A stretch of 64,000 nt of DNA from Bacteroidaceae bacterium (GCA_017467385.1 JAFTSK010000155.1:705-64704); one strand, 5' to 3'; shown: positions 18,016-29,052, numbered from the stretch's first letter. A program made the numbers and translations. Notes: generated by a model not told the origin, from the letters alone.

Positions 18016-21000
18016 ATGAAAAAGATATTTTTGATATTGGCTCTGGCCGCGATATTGCCAGGAAGTATGATGGCTCAAGATGCTCGCCAGCGTACAGTTA
18101 CTACGATTGTAGCCGATGCATTAGACCAACTTCCTGCCGCAAAACAGAAAACCTATAATAATGTCATGGCAGAATTGGCCTCCACAGGGGCTGATGGTAT
18201 TGCTCAGTTGGCTGGTATGCTTGTTCCTGCCGATAAGGGTAAGAATGCCGCGATAGAGTATGCTCTATATGGGGTTGTGTCGTATGTAACAGCTCCCGAT
18301 AAGACGACTGAAAGAGCCGGAGTAAGAAAAGGCTTGATGATGGGAATTGATAAGTGTACCGATAATTCCAACAAGGCTTTCTTGATGAACATGCTACAGC
18401 GTTGTGCCGTAGCAGAAGATGCTTCCTTCTTTGTAAAATATGCAAAAGATGAGTATTTGGCTGATTGGGCTATCAATGGCTTGGCTTGTATGGAAGGTAC
18501 GGAAGATGCGATTTTAGAGTTGATGAAAACCGATGGAGCTTGTCGTGAGAAGTTAGTTTATGTTGCAGGTAAAAAGAAGCTGGAAGCTGCTGAACCTATT
18601 TTGTTGGGATGGTTGAAAACTGCCGATGCTACTACGGCTCGTGCCATATATCAGTCGTTGGCTCAGTGTGGCACTTCCTTGTCTATTCCTGTGTTGAGTA
18701 AAGCACCCATGAAGGTAAACTATGAATCAATAGAAAATGATGTTGCGGATGCGTATCTCCGCTTGTTGAAGAGATTGGTTACTGAAGACCAGGCAAAACC
18801 GGCGGTAACAGCTGCTAAGGCTTTGTTAAAGGATACGGATAAGTCCTATCTTCGAGGAGCAGCTCTTGAGGTTATTGTCTTGGCCGAAGGAAAGAAAGCA
18901 CAGCCATTGGTTTTAGCGGCATTGAAAGATAGTCATCGTGATTATCGTGTGAATGCGCTTCGCTTGTCTGAAAGTTTTGCAGATGATGCTTGGTATGCAA
19001 GTGTAGCCAAAATCTTGAAAACAAAAGGCGATAAAGAAGTTAAAGCGGATGTCTTGAACTGGTTGGGGACTAACCATGTGAAATCTCAAATAGATGCGGT
19101 GGTTGCCAATATGAGTTCTACTAACGATGAAATTGCTTTAGCGGCTATTGCTGCCGCCGGCAAGATAGGTGGTGAAACTGCTTTGGAAGCATTGTTGGCT
19201 CAATTGAAAGGAAAAAATGTATCGGCGGCAACGAAAGCTTTGTTGGCTTTTAATGGAAAAATAAACGAGGGCATTGTTAAAGCCCTTGATGCAGATAAAG
19301 CTACCCAAATCAAGGCATTGGATATTGCTTCAACTCGTAGCATTGAATCGGCTTCCGATAAGATCTTTGCGATGTTGGGTAATTCGGATGCCGAAATCAG
19401 CGAGGCTGCCTATAAAGCGCTGGCAGGTGTTGTTGAGCCAACTGACTTTTCCCGTTTAAGCGAATTGATTGAACAAGAGGATGGTAAGCATACGGCTGAA
19501 ATTCAACAAGCATTGAAAAATGCGTTGATAAGTCTTCCGGCTGATAAGCAATTTGCCATTGTGATGCCTTTTGTCAATAAATCGGCTAATCCATCTTTGT
19601 ATTATCCGGTTTTGGCTCAAGTGGGTAGTACAGAAGCCATCGCTGAAATAATGAAAGGCTATAACGGCAATTATAAACAGGAAGCTTTGGCATCATTGCT
19701 GACGGTGGATAATGCAACTATGGTGGATATTCTTTATAATATAGCCCTTAAAGACCAAGCAAATGCGCAAGCAGCTTTGGCACGTTATACCCATTTGGTG
19801 AGCAAGTCTGCAAATACACCGGTACGAAAATATCAGTTATACCGTAAAGCATTAGAAATTGCTACGGACACGAAAGTTCAAAACAGCTTATTGAATTTGT
19901 TGGGTGGTACAAATACGTATCAAGCTTTGTTGTTGGCAGATAAATACATGGCAATTGCGGCTACCGCTGAAACAGCGGCACAGGCAGTCAGAAGTATTGC
20001 TTCCAAGAATGTTGGTAACTTTGGTGGTGAACCGGTTAGAAAGGCTTTGGAAAAGGCTATTGAAGTATTCAAAAAGGTAGGCGATGCGGATGCCGGTTAT
20101 GCTATTGATGATATTAAGGGTATTCTGCAAAAGCTTCCGGAAACAGCTTACGTTCCTGTTTTTGGAAACGAAACCTGGTCGGCCGTTGCTTTGAATCCGG
20201 TGGAAAAGGCTTCCATGAAGGCTAAGAAGATTAAGAAGGCTGAAGCTTTGGCCGCAGAAACGGCATCTAAGGTTTGGAAGGCTACGGATACCGGTATGGT
20301 ATATGTCGGTGGCGAAGCTGCTACTATGGGTTCAAGTAAGAACTACGAAAACTTTGAATTGATGTTTGAATGGAAGGGAGAAGGTAAGGCCGGATTCGGC
20401 GTTCGTTCCATTCCTCAGATTGATTTAGGTGGCGAAAGGTCAGGAACTCTATCGGGTAATCTTAATGATAAGTCTACTTCAAAGGTTGTAGATAATACAG
20501 CCGGAGAATGGAATACAGTTTATGTAAAGGTTATGAATGACCGCGTAACTGTTCAAGTAAACGGCATTGAAACGGCATCAAATGTCATCCTTGAAAATGT
20601 ATGGGATAGAAATATACCTGCTTTCATCGAAGGCCAGTTGCTGTTGGTTGGGGATGGAAGTCCGATTGAATTCCGAGAAATGTATATTCGTGAATTACCT
20701 TCAACTCCAATTTTTAAACTTTCGGAAGAAGAAGTGAAAGAAGGATTTGAAGTTTTGTTCGATGGAACTTCTATGTACAAATGGACGGGGAATACCGTTG
20801 ATTATATCCCAGAAAATGGAACGATATATGTGTCGGCTCAATACGGTGGAATAGGCAATCTTTATACGAAAAAGGAATATAGCGATTTTATTTTCCGTTT
20901 TGAATTTGCCTTTACTCGTCAAGGAGCAAATAACGGTGTAGGTGTTCGTACTCCAATGGGAGTGGATGCCGCTTATGAAGGTATGGAAATTCAGATACTT

Positions 21001-21360
21001 GACCATGATGCACCTATTTATAAGAACTTGCGTGAATACCAACAACATGGCTCTGTGTACGGTATCATTCCGGCTAAGAGGGTAAAATTCCCGGCTTTAG
21101 GTGAATGGAATACAGAAGAAATTCGTGTAATAGGCGACCAGGTAACGGTCATAGTTAATGGTGAAGTAATTCTCGATGGAAACATTCGTGAGGCTTGTCA
21201 AGGACACAATGTTTCTGAAGATGGTAGTAAAAGAAATCCTTATACAGTAGATAAGAACAATCACCCGGGATTATTCAATAAACGGGGACATATTGGCTTT
21301 TTGGGACATGGAGAAGGTTTGAAGTTCCGTAATGTCCGTATTAAGGATTTGAGTAAATAA
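18016..21360 (+). CDS. HEAT-repeat protein with C-terminal DUF1080 domains
   Basis: Signal peptide, long Ala/Leu helical repeats, then GEWNT and LFDGT...NNGVGVR...EIQILDH...GFLGHG. Confidence 0.88.
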   Translation: MKKIFLILALAAILPGSMMAQDARQRTVTTIVADALDQLPAAKQKTYNNVMAELASTGADGIAQLAGMLVPADKGKNAAIEYALYGVVSYVTAPDKTTERAGVRKGLMMGIDKCTDNSNKAFLMNMLQRCAVAEDASFFVKYAKDEYLADWAINGLACMEGTEDAILELMKTDGACREKLVYVAGKKKLEAAEPILLGWLKTADATTARAIYQSLAQCGTSLSIPVLSKAPMKVNYESIENDVADAYLRLLKRLVTEDQAKPAVTAAKALLKDTDKSYLRGAALEVIVLAEGKKAQPLVLAALKDSHRDYRVNALRLSESFADDAWYASVAKILKTKGDKEVKADVLNWLGTNHVKSQIDAVVANMSSTNDEIALAAIAAAGKIGGETALEALLAQLKGKNVSAATKALLAFNGKINEGIVKALDADKATQIKALDIASTRSIESASDKIFAMLGNSDAEISEAAYKALAGVVEPTDFSRLSELIEQEDGKHTAEIQQALKNALISLPADKQFAIVMPFVNKSANPSLYYPVLAQVGSTEAIAEIMKGYNGNYKQEALASLLTVDNATMVDILYNIALKDQANAQAALARYTHLVSKSANTPVRKYQLYRKALEIATDTKVQNSLLNLLGGTNTYQALLLADKYMAIAATAETAAQAVRSIASKNVGNFGGEPVRKALEKAIEVFKKVGDADAGYAIDDIKGILQKLPETAYVPVFGNETWSAVALNPVEKASMKAKKIKKAEALAAETASKVWKATDTGMVYVGGEAATMGSSKNYENFELMFEWKGEGKAGFGVRSIPQIDLGGERSGTLSGNLNDKSTSKVVDNTAGEWNTVYVKVMNDRVTVQVNGIETASNVILENVWDRNIPAFIEGQLLLVGDGSPIEFREMYIRELPSTPIFKLSEEEVKEGFEVLFDGTSMYKWTGNTVDYIPENGTIYVSAQYGGIGNLYTKKEYSDFIFRFEFAFTRQGANNGVGVRTPMGVDAAYEGMEIQILDHDAPIYKNLREYQQHGSVYGIIPAKRVKFPALGEWNTEEIRVIGDQVTVIVNGEVILDGNIREACQGHNVSEDGSKRNPYTVDKNNHPGLFNKRGHIGFLGHGEGLKFRNVRIKDLSK

Positions 21361-21369
21361 AGATGCACA

Positions 21370-22626
21370 ATGAACATTAAAACTAATGAGGTTCGGAAAC
21401 CGGTTACTATCGTAGCGATTGGAGCCGGTAACCGAACGAATAAATATTTGGAATATGTAAAACGCAACCCGGATAAGGTAAAGCTTGTTGGAGTGGTTGA
21501 GTTAAATCCTATTCGTCGTCATAATATAGCTGAGAGGTTTGGACTGACTGAATCTCAATGCTTCTCTGATTATAAAGAGTTCTTTCAGCATAAGGTGGAA
21601 ACGGATGCAGTAATGGTCTGTACTCCGGAAAATATGCACTTTGAACCTTGTATGATGGCTATTGAAGCCGGTTATCACATCTTGTTGGAGAAACCTATTG
21701 CGCCGACACTGGAAGAATGTTTGGCTATTGGTAAAGCGGCCGAAGAAAAAGGAGTGATTGTGGCGGTTTGCCATGTGCTTCGTCATCATCCATACTTTAT
21801 GAAGATTAAAGAATTGTGTGAATCTGGTGATTTAGGGAGAATCATTTCTATCAATCATCGTTCTTCTGTGGGGATTGACCGTTCCACACATGGTTTTGTG
21901 CGAGGCGTGTGGCGTCAAGAGTCTAAGACAAACCCGATGCTTGTGTCTAAGTGTTGCCATGATATTGACTTCTTGTTGTGGCTTACCAAGACTCCTTGCC
22001 GTAAACTGACTTCTTTTGGCTCTTTGCGATGGTTCAAGAAAGAAAATGCACCGGAAGGTGCTGCTTCGCGATGCATTGATTGTCATCGTTCGGTGGAAAG
22101 TAAGTGTCCTTTCTCAGCTGTCAACTTGTATCGTGAACGCCATGAATGGATTGCTAATTTTGATGTGCCGGAAGGAAGTACCATTGATGATGTTGTCGAA
22201 GAACAACTCCGTAATGGACTATATGGTCGCTGTGTCTATCATTGTGATAACGATGTAGTCGACCATCAGATTGTATCTATGGAAATGGAGAGTGAGGTAA
22301 CGATTAATTTCTCAATGGACATTTTTACCTTAAAAGATAATCGTGAAACTCATATTAGCTTGACGGAAGGGGAAATTGATGGTGATGAAACACACTTGCG
22401 AGTTCGTCGTTTTAGAGGGGCAACAGAAACCATCTATGATTTCTCTGATATTCAGGGAACGCCTTATCATGCGGGAGCAGACTTAAATCTGATAGCAGAT
22501 TTCGTGGATGCAGTTGCTACTGGCCGCCGTATTTTGGCAACTTCGATTGATCAGTCGGTAGAAAGTCATCGGTTGTGCTATGAAGCGGAACGTAGCCGTA
22601 GAGAAGGACGAACCTTGATCTTTTAA
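21370..22626 (+). CDS. Cytoplasmic Gfo/Idh/MocA oxidoreductase
   Basis: IGAGNR, LLEKPIA, VCHVLR, KCCHDID. Confidence 0.92.
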   Translation: MNIKTNEVRKPVTIVAIGAGNRTNKYLEYVKRNPDKVKLVGVVELNPIRRHNIAERFGLTESQCFSDYKEFFQHKVETDAVMVCTPENMHFEPCMMAIEAGYHILLEKPIAPTLEECLAIGKAAEEKGVIVAVCHVLRHHPYFMKIKELCESGDLGRIISINHRSSVGIDRSTHGFVRGVWRQESKTNPMLVSKCCHDIDFLLWLTKTPCRKLTSFGSLRWFKKENAPEGAASRCIDCHRSVESKCPFSAVNLYRERHEWIANFDVPEGSTIDDVVEEQLRNGLYGRCVYHCDNDVVDHQIVSMEMESEVTINFSMDIFTLKDNRETHISLTEGEIDGDETHLRVRRFRGATETIYDFSDIQGTPYHAGADLNLIADFVDAVATGRRILATSIDQSVESHRLCYEAERSRREGRTLIF

Positions 22627-22645
22627 TGGTTGGAGTTTAAGCAAT

Positions 22646-22691
22646 AAAAAGTCTGGTGGATATGTTGTGAGACGTATCCACCAGACTTTTT
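22646..22691 (+). terminator. Terminator hairpin
   Basis: aaaaagtctggtggatatg...cgtatccaccagacttttt. Confidence 0.8.
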
Positions 22692-22724
22692 GTCTCTATA
22701 TTACTTAAGTTTCGCAAATAGTCT

Positions 22725-22907
22725 AAGGGCTGAAAGCCCTCTATTCAATAGCCCGGGGCATCGCCCTGGGTATAGTCGGCATCATTCAATCCTGCGCTGA
22801 AAGTGCAGAACAGTAGGTTGTGTTGCACTTTCAGCGCAACCTTTTCTATTCGTTTCTCCCCCCAGGGCGATGCCCTGGGCTATCGGGTAAGCGGGCTTTC
22901 AGCCCTT
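22725..22907. repeat. Nested palindromic REPIN-like element (about 180 bp)
   Basis: Three nested inverted pairs: 22725-22739/22893-22907, 22748-22770/22861-22883, 22793-22807/22824-22838. Confidence 0.85.
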
Positions 22908-23132
22908 GTCTTACATACGAAAATAGAATATTATAGAAGCCCGAATATATGCATTTGCAACGAAAATAATCTTGGATTCAAAAAGCAGTATTTGATTGAT
23001 TTTAGATAATAAAGAAATCTTAATTAGATATGTAAAACTCTGTACGATAATTAAATACACGTACTATTATAACCTTCAACGGTGTGAAGAATCCAAGAAA
23101 AACGCACAGGAGTGGGAGTAAGTGGACCCAAA

Positions 23133-23310
23133 TGGACCCTGGCCCCAATTCTCTTTGGAGAAAGACTTAATTCTCTTTGGAGGAAGGGAAGTTTCTCCAA
23201 AGAGAATTTTTTTCATTTCTTCAATGAACCGACAGATTAAGAAGTAGGTTGGCATTATCATTTCCCCTCTTATTCTAACACACCCCCTTCCCCCTCTCAA
23301 GAGGGGGGAA
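23133..23310. repeat. Composite repeat subtype B copy 1 (CTCTTTG module plus truncated REP-like doublet)
   Basis: 23133-23271 matches 52853-52991 (3 mismatches); lacks about 60 bp that are present in the second copy. Confidence 0.9.
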
Positions 23311-23453
23311 CACACATTCCCAACCCACTTCTTATTAATTCCCTTTTATTCTTTGATGACTTTCGTGACTACAATATATGTTTTTCTTTGATACCCTTTT
23401 TATCGTTAAAAAGGTAATAATGAGATGGATTTTGAAAATATTTGTAGAAATAT

Positions 23454-23484
23454 TTTGTCGTTAATAAAAATTGATATATGTTTG
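23454..23484 (+). promoter_or_regulatory. Sigma-A promoter of the SusC locus
   Basis: TTTG(23454)-N19-TATGTTTG(23477). Confidence 0.7.
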
Positions 23485-23513
23485 CGCACTTTTATTAATT
23501 AAAACCTAAAGCA

Positions 23514-26500
23514 ATGAACAAAAAAAAGCGAATTCAAAGGTTTGGTTTCATTTTGGCATCATATCTCATGATTGCCGTTTTATGTTGCTTGTCAACTACT
23601 AATGTGTATGCTCAAAATGCTACCGAACAAACCAACGTCTTATATCAAGGCGTTGTAGTAGATGATTCAGACAATCCATTAGTTGGTGTAAACATTACAG
23701 TTAAAGGAATTGAAGGCGAAGGAGTCATCACAGACTTAAACGGTAACTTCCGTATTTCCCTTCCGCAGAAGAAATACACTTTTGTGTTTTCGTATATTGG
23801 TATGAAAACTCAGGAAGTGATAGCTCAAGTAGGGAAGAAAATGACAATTCGCATGGTTGAAGACAGTGAAGTGCTCGAAGAAACGGTAATTACCGGTATC
23901 TACAGACGAAGAGCTGAAAGCTTTACAGGTGCTTCTGCCATCTATACAGAAAAGAAGTTGAAAGAAATCAGTAACCAGAACTTGTTACAGAGCTTGTCGC
24001 TTATCGATCCTTCATTTTCTGTTTTGGATAACAACCTTGCAGGTTCCAATCCAAATGCTTTGATGGATATCAGTATCAATGGTAAGATGAGTATTACAGG
24101 TTTGGAAGATACTTATGGTAGCAACCCAGACCAGCCTCTATTCATTCTCGACGGTTTTGAAACGACACTTGCCCGTATCAGCGACTTAAGTATGGACCGC
24201 GTTGAAAGCATCAATATATTGAAAGATGCTGCTTCAACAGCCATTTATGGTGCAAAAGCGGCTAATGGTGTCGTTGTTATCGAGACCAAGAAGCCGGAAC
24301 CAGGTAAGTTGAGATTCAGTTACAACGGTAATTATCAAGTGGCATGGGCTGACTTAAGCGACTATAACTTGATGAATTCCAGCGAAAAACTTCAATTTGA
24401 AAAAATGGCAGGTTATTATGGACAATTGGATAGCAACGGTGAAATCCTGCAAGATTCGCAGCGTGCCCTTTACTATTCACGTTTAAAGAACGTAGTAGCC
24501 GGCTTGGATTCGTATTGGTTGAACGAACCTTTGCGAACAGCTTTCACTCACGACCATAGCATCAATGCAGAAGGGGGTGACTCTGCGTTCCGTTACGGAT
24601 TGACATTGCGCTACAAGAATACGGAAGGGGTAATGAATGGCTCTGCACGCCAGAATCTGGATGGGACTGTTAATCTGGCTTATCGTTTGGACAACTTCAA
24701 TTTCTCTAACCAGACTAACATCTATTATACAGATGTAGAAAACAATATCGTACCTTTCAGCGATTTCGTTCGTGCTAACCCTTATTATGCCAAGAGAGAT
24801 TCTTACGGCGATATTTATCAGGTTTTGGAAAGCTATGACGGAATGTCGGGTACAGAGTATGTTTACAATCCTTTGTGGGATTATACACAAAAGAGTTTCA
24901 ATGTAAGCGATCAGTTGACATTCAACAACAACTTTAACGTTGAATACAATCCGATAGAACAAATCCGCCTGGTAGCTCGTATCGGTTTGACTGTCAATAG
25001 AGATAAGGCTGAAGTCTTCACATCTCCGTTTGACTCTTCTTATACAGGAGTAGAGCAACTTAAGCGCGGAAGCTTCAATAGCTCAAACACCAATTCAACT
25101 ACATTGGACGGTAACCTTTATGCAAGTTATGGGGATGTTATCGGTAAACACACTTATACGGTTATCGGCGGTAGCCAGTTGACACAGTACGACTCAAAGA
25201 GTTCTGCCTTTACTGCTGTAGGGTATATTACCGACCAATTCTCAAATCCTAATTTCTCCAACGGTTACGAACAAGGCGGTCGTCCTTATTCTTCGGTAAG
25301 TCGTAGTCGTTCGGCCAGTTTCTATTTGAATGGTAACTATGCATACGATCTGCGTTATTTGTTGGATGTGAATGTCCGTACCGATGGCGCATCTGTATTC
25401 GGTGTTAAAAATACATTTTCTACCACTTGGTCACTCGGTTTGGCATGGAATATTCACAATGAGGCTCCGTTCAAAGACTCTAAGGTCTTGAATACCTTCA
25501 AGCTCAGATATTCTATCGGTAACCCGGGTTATCAGAACATCAATGCCCGTTTGGCTAACAACGTGTACACTTACTACACCTCTTATCCGAACTTGTTTGG
25601 TTTGGCGGCTATCGTAAGCCAATGGGGGAACCAGAACTTGCAATGGCAACGTACCACCCAGCATAACGTTGGTCTTAACCTTGATATGTTCGACTCCCGC
25701 CTTAGTATTACAGCAGACTATACCATCCGCAATACGGACCCGATTCTGTTAACAATCCAGCAACCGACTTCTACAGGTACTTCTTCCATTCCTATGAATA
25801 TCGGTGCTACCAAGAACAGAAGCTTCTCTATGTCTGCCCGTTATGATGTAATCCGTAACCGCGACTGGAGATGGATGTTGAGCTTCAGTACACTAAGCAG
25901 TAAGACCAAATATGACAAGATTGGAGATTTGCTTGAGAAACTGAATGAAGAAGGACGTTCCAATCAAACTTTGAACCGTTACTATGACGGAGCAAGTAGC
26001 ACTGCATTGTGGGCGGTAAAATCAGCAGGTATTGATCCGTTGACAGGTAATGAAGTCTTTATTAAGAAAGATGGTAGTTATACCTACAAATGGGATGCAT
26101 CAGAAGAAGTTATTTGCGGTGATGCAACTCCTGATTTTGATGGAAACTTCGGTTCCACTTTACGTTATAAGGGACTTTCATTAGGTATCAATTTCCGTTA
26201 TAGATATGGTGGCCAAACAGTGCTGAACACCCTATTAAATAAGGTAGAGAACATTTCTTCTACAGAATTGAGATACAATCAGGACAAGCGTGCTTTGTAC
26301 GACCGTTGGCAGAAACCGGGCGACATCGCCAAATTCAAGCGTATTGATGACACTTCGGCTACTCAAGTTTCTTCACGCTTTATTGCCGATGACAATACAT
26401 TGGAATGTAAGTCCATATCATTGGGATATGAAACGACAACAGCTCCCTGGATTAAGACTATGGGCTTGTCTTCACTTACTTTCCGAGTTTACATGAATGA

Positions 26501-26591
26501 TATATTCCGTATTTCTACCATTAAGGAAGAACGTGGTTTGGATTATCCTTTCCAACGTTCCGTATCTGCCTCTTTGGGATTGCGTTTCTAA
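23514..26591 (+). CDS. SusC/RagA TonB-dependent transporter
   Basis: PLFILDGFE, ILKDAASTAIYGAKAANGVVVIETK; C-terminal F. Confidence 0.97.
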   Translation: MNKKKRIQRFGFILASYLMIAVLCCLSTTNVYAQNATEQTNVLYQGVVVDDSDNPLVGVNITVKGIEGEGVITDLNGNFRISLPQKKYTFVFSYIGMKTQEVIAQVGKKMTIRMVEDSEVLEETVITGIYRRRAESFTGASAIYTEKKLKEISNQNLLQSLSLIDPSFSVLDNNLAGSNPNALMDISINGKMSITGLEDTYGSNPDQPLFILDGFETTLARISDLSMDRVESINILKDAASTAIYGAKAANGVVVIETKKPEPGKLRFSYNGNYQVAWADLSDYNLMNSSEKLQFEKMAGYYGQLDSNGEILQDSQRALYYSRLKNVVAGLDSYWLNEPLRTAFTHDHSINAEGGDSAFRYGLTLRYKNTEGVMNGSARQNLDGTVNLAYRLDNFNFSNQTNIYYTDVENNIVPFSDFVRANPYYAKRDSYGDIYQVLESYDGMSGTEYVYNPLWDYTQKSFNVSDQLTFNNNFNVEYNPIEQIRLVARIGLTVNRDKAEVFTSPFDSSYTGVEQLKRGSFNSSNTNSTTLDGNLYASYGDVIGKHTYTVIGGSQLTQYDSKSSAFTAVGYITDQFSNPNFSNGYEQGGRPYSSVSRSRSASFYLNGNYAYDLRYLLDVNVRTDGASVFGVKNTFSTTWSLGLAWNIHNEAPFKDSKVLNTFKLRYSIGNPGYQNINARLANNVYTYYTSYPNLFGLAAIVSQWGNQNLQWQRTTQHNVGLNLDMFDSRLSITADYTIRNTDPILLTIQQPTSTGTSSIPMNIGATKNRSFSMSARYDVIRNRDWRWMLSFSTLSSKTKYDKIGDLLEKLNEEGRSNQTLNRYYDGASSTALWAVKSAGIDPLTGNEVFIKKDGSYTYKWDASEEVICGDATPDFDGNFGSTLRYKGLSLGINFRYRYGGQTVLNTLLNKVENISSTELRYNQDKRALYDRWQKPGDIAKFKRIDDTSATQVSSRFIADDNTLECKSISLGYETTTAPWIKTMGLSSLTFRVYMNDIFRISTIKEERGLDYPFQRSVSASLGLRF

Positions 26592-26609
26592 CTAATTAAG
26601 TCATGAATT

Positions 26610-28148
26610 ATGAATATAAAGAATTTATTTAAGATAGTAATAGTTTCGGGTTTGTTGGCAAACACCACCACCTCTTGTTCCGATTGGCTTGAAGTGGATT
26701 TGGAAGACTCCATTTTGGAAAACAAACTATTTGAAACGAATGATGGATATACTTCCGTATTAAACGGTGTATATGCCAAAATGAACGAACAATATAGTAC
26801 CACTCTTTCTATGGGTACCATTGATGCGATGGCCAAGCTTTATGATATAGGCTCCAATCACAATCAATACCCTTATTACAATTTCGATTTTGACGGTCCC
26901 TCTTTTAGAAGCATGTCAGGAAATGTATGGACAGGTTTATATAGCTTGATAGCCAATCTGAATACATTGTTAGAGTTCTGTGACTCACCGGAATCGACTT
27001 TGAAAGAACACTATTATCCGTATGTCAAAGGAGAAGCTTTAGCTCTTCGTGCCATGTTGCATTTTGATTTGCTCCGTATCTATGGACCGATTTATTCGGA
27101 AGGAACCCTTAACACCATCTGTATTCCTTATCAGGAAACTTCTTCCAAAGAAATCCAGCCACTGCTTTCTGCCGAAAAGGTGATGGAGAAAATAATCCGT
27201 GATTTAAAGGCGGCTTCCGAATTATTGAAGGATGACCGGATACGTACAGAAGGTGTATTGAACAGCGAACCGGAGGACTTGAACGAAGGAGTTGACTTCC
27301 GTTACCGTCAGTTCCGTTTGAACTATTATGCGGTACAAGGTTTGCTTGCCCGTGCTTATCTTTGGAAAGGCGATAAGACTGCAGCCTATGAATGTGCAAA
27401 GGCTATCATTACTGAATGTGAAACAAACGAGGTGTTCCCCTGGACTGCCAAAGCTAAAGTACAAGGAGACAATCCGGACTTGCTCTTCTCAACGGAAGTA
27501 ATGTTCAGCCTGTACAATGTTTCCAGATTGAATCTTTACGACAGCTATTTCAATCCTAATGCCAGCTATACCAATGCTTTGACATTTGCAGGAAAAACAA
27601 TGGCTGAAGGAGATATGACAACAAAAATCAATTGGTTCTATGATGACATGAATGATTTGCGTTTGTCGGAAATGTGGTCTGTTGAAACAATCGAAGAAGT
27701 GGATAATGTGGGCGGAACAACCATGCATACTGCTTTGTGCTTCAAGAAATACGATGATATATATGTCAGCGAAACACGCCGGTACATGATTCCTTTGTTG
27801 CGTATGAGTGAAATCTACCTCATTGCCGCCGAATGTGCTACAGATTTGACTGAAGCAATCGGATACATCAATACCATTCGTTCTAACCGTAACTGTGTGA
27901 ATCTTGAATTGACTGATTTCGATACCCAGGAAACTATTCAAACTTATATAGGCAATGAGTTTGCCCGTGAAACCATTGGTGAAGGACAGCTTTATTTCTA
28001 TTACAAGCGATTGGGAAAAACATCTGTATTGAGCGGATCAGCCGGTGATTATGAATATGCAGGCTGGTATGGAGCCGAAGTTTCCATGAGTTTGCAGAAC
28101 TATGTATGGCCATTGCCTCCTGTTGAAGAAGATAAACGTGCAAATTAA
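26610..28148 (+). CDS. SusD/RagB lipoprotein
   Basis: SCSDWL lipobox; GEALALRAMLHFDLLRIYG; RMSEIYLIAAE. Confidence 0.95.
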   Translation: MNIKNLFKIVIVSGLLANTTTSCSDWLEVDLEDSILENKLFETNDGYTSVLNGVYAKMNEQYSTTLSMGTIDAMAKLYDIGSNHNQYPYYNFDFDGPSFRSMSGNVWTGLYSLIANLNTLLEFCDSPESTLKEHYYPYVKGEALALRAMLHFDLLRIYGPIYSEGTLNTICIPYQETSSKEIQPLLSAEKVMEKIIRDLKAASELLKDDRIRTEGVLNSEPEDLNEGVDFRYRQFRLNYYAVQGLLARAYLWKGDKTAAYECAKAIITECETNEVFPWTAKAKVQGDNPDLLFSTEVMFSLYNVSRLNLYDSYFNPNASYTNALTFAGKTMAEGDMTTKINWFYDDMNDLRLSEMWSVETIEEVDNVGGTTMHTALCFKKYDDIYVSETRRYMIPLLRMSEIYLIAAECATDLTEAIGYINTIRSNRNCVNLELTDFDTQETIQTYIGNEFARETIGEGQLYFYYKRLGKTSVLSGSAGDYEYAGWYGAEVSMSLQNYVWPLPPVEEDKRAN

Positions 28149-28161
28149 TTAATGAACCATT

Positions 28162-29034
28162 ATGAGAAATAAGATATTAACAGTATGTGCCGGAATTTGT
28201 CTATTGGCATTAACCGGTTGCGAAAAGGAACTGATGACCTACGAAGGTAAGGATTGTATCTATTTTGATGTCCGTAAAGGTGCAGAATGGATTGACAAAG
28301 ACTTATGGTCGCATGAATTCTACTCTACCGTATCTTTCGGTAGTACGTTGGACGATGATATTCCATTGAGCTTGAAAGTGCAGGCATCTGGTATGCCCGC
28401 TGATTACGATCGTGAGTTCAGCGTAGTGGTAGCGGCCGACAGTACAGAACTTCAGTCGGGAGATTTCGATGGTTTGGCTTCTACCTACGTAATCAAGGCC
28501 GGTGAAACCAGTACTAACATTGATTTGACATTCCATAGAACGAAACACATGTATGGAGATACGCTGTTGTTACAGTTGCAGTTGGTTGAAAACGAGCACT
28601 TCAGCCTGATGTATACCGACTTCGGTAAGGCACCGGAACAGTATGATCCTACCTCCAATCCTGTTTTCGATTACAACCACGATGCATCCGTCCATAATAT
28701 TTTCGTATTTGATGTGATGTCTCGGCCAAAACAGTGGGCAGGAAGCAATGTTACAGGTATAGGTTCGCTTGGTGCTTTCTCTCCCAAAAAGTGGAAACTG
28801 ATTATGGAATTGACAGGAACGACCATTGACGATTTTTCCAGTGCCAAAACAATGCCGTCAGCACGTATGGCAGCTATTGGTGAAACATTGGCACGCTATT
28901 TGATTGAAAAAGCGATTGCACGTGAACCGGTATTGGATGAAGATGGTACCATGATGTATTGCAATGCAGTAAGTACATTAGGAGGAAGTAATGCTTGGGC
29001 ACCATTTACCACACCTGAAGAATATTATCAATAA
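28162..29034 (+). CDS. DUF4843-like lipoprotein
   Basis: GCEKELMTYEG..IYF; LGAFSPKKWKLI motif; follows SusD. Confidence 0.8.
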   Translation: MRNKILTVCAGICLLALTGCEKELMTYEGKDCIYFDVRKGAEWIDKDLWSHEFYSTVSFGSTLDDDIPLSLKVQASGMPADYDREFSVVVAADSTELQSGDFDGLASTYVIKAGETSTNIDLTFHRTKHMYGDTLLLQLQLVENEHFSLMYTDFGKAPEQYDPTSNPVFDYNHDASVHNIFVFDVMSRPKQWAGSNVTGIGSLGAFSPKKWKLIMELTGTTIDDFSSAKTMPSARMAAIGETLARYLIEKAIAREPVLDEDGTMMYCNAVSTLGGSNAWAPFTTPEEYYQ

Positions 29035-29052
29035 TAACATAACGATTAAATC

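Noticed and set aside
22803-23009. 68 aa ORF containing PQGDALGY
   Set aside because: Read-through of the palindromic element, with no coding signal.
23147-23208. Possible mini CRISPR array
   Set aside because: Only two 14-bp direct units with an 8-bp spacer plus one inverted unit, and no cas genes.
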